From Heterodontus francisci (taxonomy: Eukaryota), in the NCBI RefSeq assembly GCF_036365525.1, contig NC_090404.1, forward strand, positions 12,180,550 through 12,244,549: a stretch of DNA of 64,000 bases. The letters are read 5' to 3'. Positions 24,150-37,226 of this stretch are shown one piece after another (within the stretch, counting starts at the first letter, position 1; each line of letters starts with the position of its first letter). The position numbers were made by a program, and so were the translations under genes. The notes beneath the pieces were generated by a model, which was not told where the DNA came from, searched no databases, and saw only the letters and a program-made list of their open reading frames with translations.

Positions 24150-24266
24150 GGTTTACAGTTACCCAGCTCGCGATCTACAACGCACTGATCTCCCCCACTT
24201 CGCCATATATTTCTGTGCCATGAGTCTCACTGGACTGCAGAGAAATAACGGATCCACGAAAAAACC
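24150..24266 (+). pseudogene. 3' fragment of a TCR alpha/delta-type V segment with degenerate 23-RSS
   Basis: TQLAIYNALIS/(frameshift)/AIYFCAMS then CACTGGA(24228-24234)-23 bp-GAAAAAACC(24258-24266). Confidence 0.65.
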
Positions 24267-24529
24267 CACACTGACAGTTCCAGTTCCGCTCTTACACAGA
24301 TCAACAGAAGCATTAATTCAGCCTCCTTCGTGAGAGTTGCAGGAACTTTCTTAAAATTGCAATAAAGCACAAGAATAAACAACAGCAGCCGATGTCCACC
24401 TGTGCAGTTATATTAGTTTCTGATTACGATGCACATTTATAAGTAAAATTAACTGTACGATCTGTGATGCCTTGACTCTGCTTTTGTTTTTTATGCCTCT
24501 TCCTTGTCTACTTGTTCCGTCTTATACGA

Positions 24530-26925
24530 ACATACGAATTAAGAGCAAAAGTAGGCCATTCGGCCCTTCTCACCTGCTCCACGTTTCAATAAGATCATGG
24601 CTGATCTGTTTGTGTCTCGAATTCCACAATCCCATCTACCCCTGATGACCTTTGATTCCTTGCCTAACAAGAATCTAGCTACCTGTGCCTTAAAAATATT
24701 CAATGACCCCGCCTCCACTTCCTTCTGAGGTAGAGAGTCCCAAAGTCGCACAACTCTCTGAGAGAAAGAAACCCTCCTCATCTCTGTCCTAAAAGGGCAA
24801 CCCCTAATTTTAAAACAGTGCCCACCAGTTCTGGACTCACCCCACAAAAAGAAACATCCTTTCCACATCTACCTTGTCAAGACCGTTCAGGATCTTATAT
24901 ACTTCGATTAAGTCTCCCCTTATTCTTCTAAACTCCAGTGAGAACAAGCCCAGTCTGACCAACCTTTCTTTGTAAGACAACCCGTTCATTCCAGGTATCA
25001 GTCGAGTAAACTTCCTCTGAACCACCTCCAACACATTTGCATCCTTCCTCAAATAAGGAGACCAAAGCTGCACACTTTATTCCAGACGTGTTCTCACCAA
25101 TGGCCTGTATAACTGAAGCATAATATCCTTAATTTTATTTTCAGTTCCTGTCGTAATAAAGTATAGCAATCCATTAGACTTCTTTTTTACTGTACCTGCA
25201 TACGAACCTTTTGTGCCTCATGCAGTAGAATACCTAGATCGCTCTGCACCCCGACATTCTGCAGTCGTTCTCCGTTTAAGTAATACTCTGCTTTTTTATT
25301 CTTCTTGCTAAAATGAACAACTTCACATTTTCACACATCTACGAGATTTTTGCCCACTCACTTAACCTATCTATATCGGTCTGCAACTCCCCTATGTCCT
25401 CTTTACAACATACTTTCCTACCTATCATTGTGTCATCTGCAAATTTAACTACCATGCCATTGCTCCCCTCATCTAAGTCATTGATATTAACTGTAAAAAG
25501 TTGAGGCTCCAGCACAGACCCCTGTGGGGCTCCACTCGTCACATCCTGCCAATCAGAAAATGACCCATTATTGCATACTGTCTGTTTCCTTCCAGCCAGC
25601 CAATCTTCTATCCATGCTAATATGTTATCCCCGGACACCATGAGCTCCTACTCTGCGCAATAACTTTTTATGTGGCACCTTGTCAAATGTTTCTGCAAAT
25701 CAAGTACAGCACGTCAACGGACTTCCCTTTATCCACAGCGCAGGTTACTCCTTCAAAGTTTTCCAATAAATTGTTTAAACGTGATTTCCTATTCACAAAA
25801 CCATGCTGACTATTCCCGATTACCTTGAGTTTTTCTAGCTCGAGCCGACTTGATGATCGATTCCAATACCTTCCCCACGACAGACGTCAAGCGAACTGCC
25901 CTATTTTCTGACCTGATTTCTGCCTCGACCACCCACCACCAACACAGCAGCTGAATAGAGGGGTAATATTTGCTACTTTCCAGTCTGATAGAAACTTTCC
26001 AGAATATAGCAAATTGTGAAAAATTAACACCAACGCATCTACTACCTCATTAGCCACCTCTTTTAAGACCCTAGGATGCAACCCATCAGGACGCAGGAAA
26101 TTGTTAGCCCGCAGATCCATCAGTCTGCTCACTACCGGTTCCCTGGTGATTGCAATTTCACCAATTTCCTCTCTTGCTTCCACCTCCTGATTTTCAGCTA
26201 TTACTGGAATGGTTTCTGTATCCTCTATAGTGATGACAGAAACGAAATATTTGTTCATTTCATCCGCCATTTCCTTATTATCTACTATGAGCTCCCCATT
26301 CTCTCTCCCTAGAGGACCAACCCGCACTATACTTACTCTTTTCCTTTTTAAAATACACGTCGAAACTCTTGCTATCCGTTTTTACATTTCTAAGTAGCTT
26401 CCTCTCCTATTCTAATTTATTTCTCCTTATTAACCATTTAGTCATTCTCTGCCGTTCTTCATATTCTGACCAATAATCTGACCTGACACTTATCTTTGCG
26501 CATATAAATTTATTTCCTTAAGTTTGATGCTTTCGTCAACTTCGTTGGTTTACCACCGACAGTGGATCCTCCCCTTAGAATATTTCTTGACAGTAAGGAT
26601 ATACTTATCCTGAGCATTCTGAAATATCGCCTTAAACTTCTGCCATTTTTGAACTATTAACCAATCTGTTAACCTAGTAACCCAGTTCACTTCAGCTAGC
26701 TCAGCTTTCATGCCCACATAGTTGCCCTTTTCCAGTTTAGAATACTCGTCTTAGACCTGCTCTTCTCTCATTCAAACTGGATGTAACATTCAATGATATT
26801 GTGATCGCTACTACCTAGAGGTGCCTTTACTCTGAGGTCATTAATTAATCCGGTCACTTTACACAATACCAAGTCTAGTAAAACCTGCTCTCTGGTTGAT
26901 TCCAGAACTTGCTGCTCTAAGAAAG
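24530..26925 (-). mobile_element. Degenerate CR1 LINE ORF2 (RT region and 3' end)
   Basis: Minus-strand ORFs with GAPQGSVL, KFADDT, QLWSPYLRKD, PDGLHPRVLKE; CR1 3' tail near 24530. Confidence 0.9.
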
Positions 26926-27896
26926 TATCGGCTGTCTCCACTCTTTACTCACAATTGAAAATGTTTTCTTCTTCCGGTCTTTAGGTAAAAGGTTCAAAAC
27001 CTTTGTGTCTGCATGGTATATAAATTCAGGACCACTCCCAATCGATCTTTCCGGAAACAGGAGCTGTCAGATCAGGACAATGTCGAAACACAGAATTTCC
27101 CACACCCTGATCACGGGTATCTGAACCTTTCTCCCTCTCGCCACCAGAGGTCGTGAGATAACAATGTTCATTTTATGGATCTGTCGCCGGGCAGCGAAGT
27201 GAGTTAAGTTTATATTAAACTTATATATATTCAAAAATATACTCCAAAACCTGAGTATAATTTGGAATATATAGACGTTCAATAGCTGATATCAACTTCT
27301 CAGAGTAATCATTACAAAGAAGCATCTACATATCGAAGGATTACTTCTGAACAGTGTGGGTGGAAGATCGTGAAAGAATATTAAACTGTGAACGTCAGAC
27401 ACACCCTGAAATCTGAGTTCTGAATCATTAACTGTATCGTTACTGAAGGTCGATGTTAAATGAATGAAAGACAAATCGAAACCACCTGTATTTTGTTTAT
27501 TTTCCTTCTCCACTCCTTTTGCCATTCTGAGTGGAATTTGTAACAGCAGTTTTTCATGTCCTGCTGATGTTGAGTATTCTGTTTTAGTGAGAACCCACCC
27601 TACATTCCGAAGGCTTCGAACCCACACCTGGCGCTCTGCTCCCACCCACTTTCAGCCAAACAGCAACACATTGCTACAAAGCACTGATGTCTGTTCAGTA
27701 GTTTGTTCAGTAACAGCAGATATCATCGTTCTAATGTGATGGATCTATAAATCACTCCGATAAAATACCTGATCAATGTTAATTCACAAGTTAATTGATC
27801 GGTGAGGGAAATCTCACTGGATTCACGGTTACCTTGGTGCTGATGGTGAAGATACTGGAATTTGAGAGGAAGAATTAACGCCAGTATAAACCAAAT

Positions 27897-28151
27897 CCAG
27901 TAACAATCTCATGTTTCTGGTTACAATAACCAGACAAGGGATTTTGTCCCCGCCCCACGACTCTAATAGCGGAACCATTCCCCATATGAGGACAGTGACT
28001 GTAGCCCAGCTCGGGGTGTTTCCATTCACTGACAGCCAGCTCACCACCTACCGCTCTCACAGCACCACTGGGGACACAAGGAAGTGAGGTGAGAGAATCC
28101 TGAGACACGACAGCAGATTATTGAGGGTGGGGATTAGAACGGGTGTCTTCA
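27897..28151 (+). repeat. Left arm of ~255-bp inverted repeat (= upstream/promoter region of the intact TCR V)
   Basis: Reverse complement aligns to 28918-29171, including a 46-bp identical core; Ets site GGAAGT at ~28080. Confidence 0.9.
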
Positions 28152-28188
28152 AATATCCAACTCCCCTTTTACAGAGCGGACAGCGACA

Positions 28189-28234
28189 ATGCGGCTACTC
28201 AGCATCTGGGTTGTGTGGGGAGCATTTCTGACAG
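28189..28234 (+). CDS. Leader exon of intact TCR alpha/delta V
   Basis: MRLLSIWVVWGAFLT + G|GTAATT donor. Confidence 0.9.
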
Positions 28235-28347
28235 GTAATTGTGGACAAAGCACATTTCATCTTTTCTCTCGTTTCACAAACATGGTTTGAACCTGAATTT
28301 TCAACAACCGTCGGTCTGATCTTTTCCTGTTTAAACTTGTTTTTCAG

Positions 28348-28654
28348 ATTTAAGTCATGGAGATTCTGTCACTCAGCCGCGGTCCCCAGATGTTAAGACA
28401 GAAGGAGAAGCGGTGATTTTAAGCTGTACCTATGATACGACACGGAGCGAGTATTCTTTATACTGGTACCAGCAACACCCAGATACACAGCCCGAGTTTA
28501 TACTGAGGAAGGATTCTGATAATTATGAAGATAAAGCAGATTTTGCTAAAAATCGTTTCTCTGCTGAGCTCCACACCGTGACTAAATTCACCAGTTTAAC
28601 CATCTCAGGGCTGCAGCTGACTGACTCTGCCATGTATTACTGCGCCTTCAGACT
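28348..28654 (+). CDS. Intact T-cell receptor alpha/delta-type V exon
   Basis: tttcAG acceptor; DLSHGDSVTQPRSPDVKTEGEAVILSCTYDTTRSEYSLYWYQQHPDTQPEFILRKDSDNYEDKADFAKNRFSAELHTVTKFTSLTISGLQLTDSAMYYCAFR; Cys23, Trp41 (WYQQ), DSAMYYC; open frame. Confidence 0.92.
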
Positions 28655-28693
28655 CACAGTGATGGAAAGCAGTCTCACCCCTGTACAAAAACT
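28655..28693 (+). other. Near-consensus 23-RSS of intact TCR V
   Basis: CACAGTG(28655-28661)-23 bp-ACAAAAACT(28685-28693). Confidence 0.95.
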
Positions 28694-28917
28694 GCCTTTG
28701 GAGTGTGGGTGGGAGCTCCGGTCTGTTGGGGTGTGTGTAGAATCGCAGGCAGATGTGCAGCGACAATGTGCCGCGCGCAGTCAGGCACTCAAACACACAC
28801 CGAGAGGAAACCAAATTAACCTCGGATCAAACTGTCACCCAACTGTTTCCAGGAACGGCCGAGAAATCAAACTACAGAATCCAATCAGACAGACAGATCC
28901 AGCACAGAAAACATATG

Positions 28918-29171
28918 TGAGGACCCCAGTTCTAATCCCCAGCCTCAATAATCTGCTGTCATGTCTCAGGATGCTCTCATCTCACTTCCTTGTGTCTCCA
29001 GTGGTGCTGTGCGACCAGCCGGTCGTCAGCTGGCTGTCAGTGAATGGAAACACCCCGAGCTGGGCTACAGTCAGAGTTCTGATAGGGAAATGGCTGCACT
29101 TTTAGAGACCGGGGGTGGGAATGAAACCCTGGCCTGTTAATTATCACCAACCTGCTCAGGATTGTTAATGG
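28918..29171 (-). repeat. Right arm of inverted repeat (antisense copy of the V upstream region, 225 bp past the RSS)
   Basis: gttctaatcccca.cctcaataatctgctgtc.tgtctcagga..ctcacttccttgtgtc..agctggctgtcagtgaatggaaacaccccgagctgggctacagtca; the ORF track shows VSWLSVNGNTPSWATV on both strands. Confidence 0.9.
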
Positions 29172-29444
29172 CGACAGAAAATATTCCATCATTAAGGAGA
29201 CACCCTGAAGCACAATGGACATTAGAGGAACTCTGTGTTTTGCGCTTGTTTTAAACATCACAGACACTACCTTGTGAAATCTATTCATTGTGTACGAACT
29301 GTCTCTGAGTCAGCAACACGCTCTGATCAAAAAAACCCTGTGAACAGGCGGCGGTCAAAGACTCTGAGAAACTGATATCCCAATTAATTATTTATTCTCA
29401 GGAAACAGCTAATTAAAAAAAAAAAGCAACCAGTTAACCCCTGA

Positions 29445-31120
29445 ATTGTGAGTGCATGTGTGTGAAAGGGCGAGTTCGGTTAAAATAAGAAGTGATAATT
29501 GTTTTTAGACATAGGTGTATCTCAATAGTGTTTAAGATTTAGTTGAAATAAATAGTTAATTTGTTGTTGTCTAAAGATACCGGCTTTGGTCTATTTTATT
29601 CTGGGGGTTACTAAAGTGTTCACTTTGGGTGTTTTCCGGTTTGGTAGAAAAACCTTAATAATATGCTGCAATCTGTGTAGTGATGGGACTGAACTGACAG
29701 TGCATTACTCCCGCCTCGGTCGTAATATATTAATTTGGTATCTCGTGTAGGATCAGATTAATTGGGGGTTCGCATTTGGAATTATATTAGTTGCTCATAT
29801 CTGGGATAACATATAAATTGGGGTCTTGCGTCTGGCATCATATTAATTGCTATCGCATCTGGGGCCATATGAATTGGAAACTCATTTGCTGGGATACAAA
29901 CCTAATGCCAATTACGAAAACATAGCAGGAACCAGGGTTCTTGTGTAATAAGGTACAGTCTATGACATCAGAATGGCATTAGCAGTTGCAGCAGTTTTTC
30001 TGGGAAAGGACAACGTGTCCCTCAATGTCTTCACAATTTTACCTAAGAATAAACGAAAAGAACTGGCTGAAAAATTGGGATTAGAATTGAAATCAGGTGG
30101 CAAACAAAGCAGTAATAATTGACCTAATAGCCCAACATCTAAAATTAGAAAACGAAGAAGAGGAAGAAGATAGTAAGCCAGAGAATAATGCAGTGGAATT
30201 GGCGAAGATTCAGTTAGAAATCAAAAAACTGGAACTTGAACATGAAAAAGAAAAAGTCAAAGCAAAAAGTAAACTTGAGGCTGAAAAAGAATTGTAGAAA
30301 ATTGAACTTGAAAAAGAGCAAAGAGGGAAAGAAAGGGAATTTAGGTTAAAAGAGGTGGAACTAAGACAAAGGGGTGGTCTTGACTCCAGGGAAAATTCAG
30401 CTCTGGAAGAAGCTGAATTCAGCGCAGAGCACAAGGAAAAGCTCTTTACATTTATACAAGCTCTTCCTAAGTTTGAGGAAAGGGACGTAGAGGCATTTTT
30501 CATATCTTTTGAAAAAATAACCAAACTGATGGAATGGAAATAGGAAAACTGGAGACTGCTGATGCAAAGCAGGCTGATGGGCAGAGCTCTTGACGTTGAG
30601 GCCACGCTTCCTGAAAAGCCTACTGCAGATTATCAGATGGCAAAAAAGGCCATTCTCGCTGTTTATGAGTTAGTCTCTGAAGCTTACCGTCAGACGTTTC
30701 GGAACTTACGAAGATTGACTGGGCAGATGTATGTAGAATTTAAGAGAGTGAAGCAAAGTAATTTTGACCATTGGATACGAGCATTAAAGATGGAAACCAC
30801 AGATGAGAACCTTCGAGAATGGATTCTCTTGGAAAAGTTTAAAAACTGTATTCCTTCAGTAGTGAGAACTGATGTAGCTCAGATGAAAGTTTTGAAAGCT
30901 AGGCAAGCAGTGGAAGTTAATGATTTTGAGCTTGTGAATAAGCCAAAACCTTTTGTCCATCACCCCCATAAACACGAGAAGGATAGAAGGTGGGAGAGTG
31001 AAAGGAAGGCAAGTAGCCGGGGACAAGAAGGAACAGCTGTGAATGCCCCAGGATCACCTCCTCAGGCCCGAAAGGAATGTTCTGAGGGTAGAAGTGAGGT
31101 TTACATGCTGAAGTGGTATC
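29445..31120 (+). mobile_element. Ty3/gypsy (Gmr1-like) LTR retrotransposon remnant: LTR end and disrupted gag
   Basis: gag from ~29973 with coiled coil, LPKFEERDVEAFFISFEK, DYQMAKKAILAVYELVSEAYRQTFRN, ILLEKFKNCIP (SCAN-like capsid); stops and frameshifts; truncated by CR1. Confidence 0.8.
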
Positions 31121-34100
31121 AAGAACAAAGAACAAAGAACAAAGATAATTACAGCACAGGAACAGGCCCTTCGGCCCTCCAAGCCTGCGCCGATCCAGAT
31201 CCTCTCTCTAAACATGTCGCCTATTTTCTAACGTTCTGTATCTCTTTTCTTCCTGCCCATTCATGTATCTGTCTAGATATATCTTAAAAGACTCCATCGT
31301 GCCCGCATCCACCACCTCCGCTGGCAACGCGTTCCAGGCACCCACCACCCTCTGCGTAAAGAACTTTCCACGCATATCCCCCTAAACTTTTCCCCTTTCA
31401 CTTTGAACTCGTGTCCTCTAGTAATTGAATCCCCCACTCTGGGAAAAAGCCTCTTGCTATCCACCCTGTCTATACCTCTCATGATTTTGTACACCTCAAT
31501 CAGGTCCCCCCTCAACCTCCGTCTTTCTAATGAAAATAATCCTAATCTACTCAACCTCTCTTCATAGCTAGCACCCTCCATACCAGGCAACATCCTGGTG
31601 AACCTCCTCTGCACCCTCTCCAAAGCATGCACATCCTTTTGATAATGTGGCGACCAGAACTGTACGCAGTATTCCAAATGTGGCCGAACCAAAGTCCTAT
31701 ACAACTGTAACATGACCTGCCAACTCTTGTACTCAATACCCCGTCCGATGAAGGAAAGCATGCCGTATGCCTTCTTGACCACTCTATTTACCTGCGTTGC
31801 CACCTTCAGGGAACAGTGGACCTGAACACCCAAATCTCTCTGTACATCAATTTTCCCCAGGACTTTTCCATTTACTGTATAGTTCACTCTTGAATTGGAT
31901 CTTCCAAAATGCATCACCTCGCATTTGCCCTGATTGAACTCCATCTGCCATTTCTCTGCCCAACTCTCCAATCTATCTATATTCTGCTGTATTCTCTGAC
32001 AGTCCCCTTCACTATCTGCTACTCCACCAATCTTAGTGTCATCTGCAAACTTGCTAATCAGTCCACCTATACTTTCCTCCAAATCATTAATGTATATCAC
32101 AAACAACAGTGGTCCCAGCACGGATCCCTGTGGAACACCACTGGTCACACGTCTCCATTTTGAGAAACTTCCTTCTACTGCTACTCTGTGTCTCCTGTTG
32201 CCCAGCCAGTTCTTTATCCATCTAGCTAGTACACCTTGGACCCCAAGCGCCTTCACTTTCTCCATCAGCCTGCCATGGGGAACCTTATCAAACGCCTTAC
32301 TGAAGTCCATGTATATGACATCGACAGCCCTTCCCTCATCAATCAACTTTGTCACTTCCTCAAAGAATTCTATTAAGTTGGTAAGACATGACCTTCCCTG
32401 CACAAAACCATGTTGCCTATCACTGATAAGCCCATTTTCTTCCAAATGGGAATAGATCCTATCCCTCAGTATCTTCTCCAGCAGCTTCCCTACCACTGAC
32501 GTCAGGCTCACACGTCTATAATTACCTGGATTATCCCTGCTACCCTTCTTAAACAAGGGGACAACATTAGCAATTCTCCAGTCCTCCGGGACCTCACCCG
32601 TGTTTAAGGATGCTGCAAAGATATCTGTTAAGGCCCCAGCTATTTCCTCTCTCGCTTCCCTCAGTAACCTGGGATAGATCCCATACGGACCTGGGGACTT
32701 GTCCACCTTAATGCCCTTTAGAATACCCAACACTTCCTCCCTCCTTATGCCGACCTGACCTAAAGTAATCAAACATCTGTTCCTAACCTCAACATCCGTC
32801 ATGTCCCTCTCCTCGGTGAATACCGATGCGAAGTACTCGTTTAGAATCTCACCCATTTTCTCTGACTCCAAGCATAACATTCCTCCTTTGTCCTTTAGTG
32901 GGCCAATCCTTTCTCTGGTTACCCTCTTTCTCCTTATATATGAATAAAAGGCTTTGGGATTTTCTTTAACCCTGTTTGCTAAAGATATTTCATGACCCCT
33001 TTTAGCCCTCTTAATTCCTCATTTCAGATTGGTCCTACATTCCCGATATTCTTTCAAAGCTTCGTCTTTCATCAGCCACCTAGACATTATGTATGCTTCC
33101 TTTTTCCTCTTAGCTAGTCTCACAATTTCACCTGTCATCCATGGTTCCCTAATCTTGCCATTTCTATCCCTCATTTTCACAGGAACATGTCTCTCCTGCA
33201 CGCTAATCAACCTCTCTTTAAAAGCCTCCCACATATCACATGTGGATTTTCCTTCAAACAGCTGCTCCCAATCTACATTCCCCAGCTCCTGCCGAATTTT
33301 GGTATAGTTGGCCTTCCCCCAATTTAGCACTCTTCCTTTAGGACCACTCTCGTCTTTGTCCATGAGTATTTTAAAGCTTACGGAATTGTGATCACTATTC
33401 CCAAAGTGGTCCCCTACTGAAACTTCAGCCACCTGGCCGGGCTCATTCCCCAACACCAGGTCCAGTATGGCCCCTTCCCGAGTTGGACTATTTACATACT
33501 GCTCTAGAAAACCCTCCTGGGTGCTCCTTACAAATTCTGCTCCATCCAGACCTCTAACACTAAGTGAATCCCAGTCAATGTTGGGAAAATTAAAATCTCC
33601 TATCACCACCACCCTGTTGCTCCTACATCTTTCCATAATCTGTTTACATATTTATACCTCTATCTCACGCTCGCTGTTGGGAGGCCTGCAGTACAGCCCC
33701 AACATTGTTACCGCACCCTTCCTATTTCTGAGTTCTGTCCATATTGCCTCACTGCTCGAGTCCTCCATAGTGCCCTCCTTCAGCACAGCTGTGATATCCT
33801 CTTTGACCAGTAATGCAACTCCTCCACCCCTTTTACCTCCCTCTCTATCCCGCCTGAAGCATCGATATCCTGGGATATTTAGTTGCCAATCATGCCCTTC
33901 CCTCAACCAAGTCACAGTAATAGCAATAACATCATACTCCCAGGTACTAATCCAAGCCCTATGTTCATCTGCCTTACCTACTACACTTCTTGCATTAAAA
34001 CAAATGCACCTCAGACCACCAGTCCCTTTATATTCATCATCTGCTCCCTGCCTGCTCTTCCCCTTAGTCACACTGACTTGATTATCTAGTTCCTTACAGG

Positions 34101-34590
34101 CTTTTGTTACTACCTCCTTACTGTCAACTGACCTCAATTGGTTCCCATCCCCCTGCCACATTAGTTTAAACCCTCCCCAACAGCATTAGCAAAAGCACGC
34201 CCAAGGACATTGGTTCCAGTCCGGCCCAGGTGTAGACCGTCCAATTTGTAATAGTCCCACCTCCCCCAGAACCGGTCCCAATGTCCCAAAAATCGGAACC
34301 CCTCCTTCCTGCACCATCTCTCAAGCCACGCATTCATCCTGACTATTCTTTCATTTTTACTCTGACTATCACGTGGCACTGGTAGCAATCCTGAGATTAC
34401 TACCTCTGAGGTCCTGCTTTTTAACTTGGCTCCTAACTCCCTAAACTCTGCTTGTTGGACCTCATCCCGTTTTTTACCTATATCATTGGTGCCTATGTGC
34501 ACAATGACAACTGGCTGTTCACCCTCCCCCTTCAGAATGTTCTGCAGCCGATCTGAGACATCCCTGACCCGTGCACCTGGGAGGCAACAT
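31121..34590 (-). mobile_element. Near-full-length CR1 LINE: ORF1 SGNH-esterase part, APE endonuclease, RT, 3' microsatellite tail
   Basis: HIGTNDIG..DGLHL (ORF1); CFNARS, GDFNFP, LDLVL, SDHN (EN); [16 protein letters not shown] (RT); (ttctttg)n tail at 31121-31145; few disruptions. Confidence 0.95.
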
Positions 34591-36620
34591 ACAGGGTCTA
34601 GTGTAATATAAACAGGGTCCGGGTCTAATGTAATATAAACAGAGACATGGTCTAGTGTAATATGAACAGGGACAGAGGCTAGAGCAATATAAACAGAGAC
34701 AGGGTCTAGTGTAATATAAACAGAGACTGGGTCTAGTATAATATAAACAGAGACAGAGGCTGGAGCAATATAAACAGAGACAGGGTCCAGTGTAATATAA
34801 ACAGAGACAGAGGCTAGAGCAATATAAACAGAGACAGGGTCCAGTGTAATATAAACAGAGACAGGGTCTGGTGTAATATAAACAGAGACAGGGTCTAGTG
34901 TAATATAAACAGGGTCCAGGTCTAATGTAATATAAACAGAGACATGGTCTAGTGTAATATAAACAGGGACAGAGGCTAGAGCAATGTAAACAGAGACAGG
35001 GTCTAGTGTAATATAAACAGAGACTGGGTCTAGTGTAATATAAACAGGGACAGAGGCTAGAGCAATATAAACAGAGACAGGGTCCAGTGTATTATAAACA
35101 GAGACAGGGTCTGGTGTAATATAAACAGAGACAGGGTCTAGTGTAATATAAACAGGGGCCGGGTCTAATGTAATATAAACAGAGACAGGGTCTAGTGTAA
35201 TATAAACAGGGACAGAGGCTAGAGCAATATAAACAGAGACAGGGTCTAGTGTAATATAAACAGGGACGGGTCTAGTGTAATATAAACAGAGACAGGGTCT
35301 AGTGTAATATAAACAGAGACAGGGTCTAGTGTAATATAAACAGGGACAGAGGCTAGAGCAATATAAACAGAGACATGGTATAGTGTAATATAAACAGAGA
35401 CAGAGGCTAGAGCAATATAAACAGAGACAGGGTCTAGTGTAATATAAACAGAGACAGGGTCCAATGTAATATAAACAGAGACAGAGGCGAGAGCAATATA
35501 AACAGAGACATGGTCTAGTGTAATATAAACAGAGACTGGGTCGAGTGTAATATAAACAGAGACAGGGTCCAGTGTAATATAAGCAGAGACAGGGTCTGGT
35601 GTAATATAAACAGAGACTGGGTCTAGTGTAATATAAACAGGGGCCGGGTCTCGTGTAATATAAACAGAGACAGGGTCTAGTGTAATATAAACAGAGACAG
35701 AGGCTAGAGCAATATAAACAGAGACAGGGTCCAGTGTAATATAAACAGAGACAGAGGCTAGAGCAATATAAACAGAGACAGGGTCCAGTGTAATATAAAC
35801 AGAGACAGGGTCTGGTGTAATATAAACAGAGACAGGGTCTAGTGTAATATAAACAGGGTCCGGGTCTAATGTAATATGAACAGAGACATGGTCTAGTGTA
35901 ATATAAACAGGGACAGAGGCTAGAGCAATATAAACAGAGACAGGGGCTAGTGTAATATAAACAGAGACTGGGTCTAGTGTAATATAAATAGAGACAGAGG
36001 CTAGAGCAATATAAACAGAGACAGGGTCCAGTGTAATATAAACAGAGACAGAGGCTAGAGCAATATAAACAGAGACAGGGTCCAGTGTAATATAAACAGA
36101 GACAGGGTCTGGTGTAATATAAACAGAGACTGGGTCTAGTGTAATATAAACAGGGACAGAGGCTAGAGTAATGTAAACAGAGACAGGGTCTAGTGTAATA
36201 TAAACAGAGACTGGGTCTAGTGTAATATAAACAGAGACAGAGGCTAGAGCAATATAAACAGAGACAGGGTCCAGTGTAATATAAACAGAGACAGGGTCTG
36301 GTGTAATATAAACAGAGACAGGGTCTAGTGTAATATAAACAGGGGCCGGGTCTAATGTAATATAAACAGAGACAGGGTCTAGTGTAATATAAGCAGGGAC
36401 AGAGGCTAGAGCAATATAAACAGAGACAGGGTCCAGTGTAATATAAACAGAGACAAGGTCAAGTGTAATATAAACAGGGACAGATGCTAGAGCAATATAA
36501 ACAGAGACAGGGTCCAGTGTAATATAAACAGAGACAGGGTCCAGTGTAATATAAACAGAGACAGGGTTTAGTGTAATATAAACAGGGGCCAGGTCTAGTG
36601 CAAAAGAAACAGAGACAGAG
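34591..36620. repeat. 27-bp minisatellite array (~75 units), homogeneous
   Basis: Unit acagggtctagtgtaatataaacagag with variant acagaggctagagcaatataaacagag. Confidence 0.97.
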
Positions 36621-37187
36621 TGTCTTCTTTGGCCTCCTTATCTCGAGAGACAATGGGTAAGCGCCTGGAGGAGGTCAGTGGTGTGTCTATAAAGCCTGGA
36701 GTGGCTATAAAGGCCAATTCTAGAGTGACAGACTCTTCCACAGGTGCTGCAGAAAAATTTGTTTGTCTCTCAAGACAAGGAGGCCAATGCAGAATTGTTA
36801 GGATCTTCTCACCAGGCTGACTTCTGTCTACATTGTAGATTTATATTTTAATGCAAAAATTATTATTATTTGTTAATTCGCAGTGAGTTATATCGGAGGT
36901 AGCAGCGCACGAATATAACTAGTTCCGGGCCACCTGTTGGAGTTTATATTATCAATGTGAATGGTGAATTCCCAGAGATACACAAATAAACAGCAGACAA
37001 TTCTGCCCTCACACAGTTAATGTGATAATCAGACGGAATCAGTGATCGATGTGAATGATTTTTGATGGTGTTTTTGTGGATTGTGCTCGGGTTCTGCCCG
37101 CACAGGAATGTATTCACTTGTCAGTGTGTGATCCGCTGTTATAAACAGCCCTCAGCAGACAGCAGCTGTGATCCAGAAACCTGCAGC

Positions 37188-37226
37188 AGTTATTGTACGA
37201 GGCTGTAGCTCGTTCCCATCACTGAG
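37188..37226 (-). other. Defective 23-RSS of TCR V pseudogene
   Basis: Minus strand CTCAGTG (CAC broken)-23 bp-ACAATAACT. Confidence 0.85.

Noticed and set aside
27897-29171. Pack-MULE/foldback transposon capture of the V gene
   Set aside because: No target-site duplication found at the arm ends, and the left arm occupies the normal promoter position.
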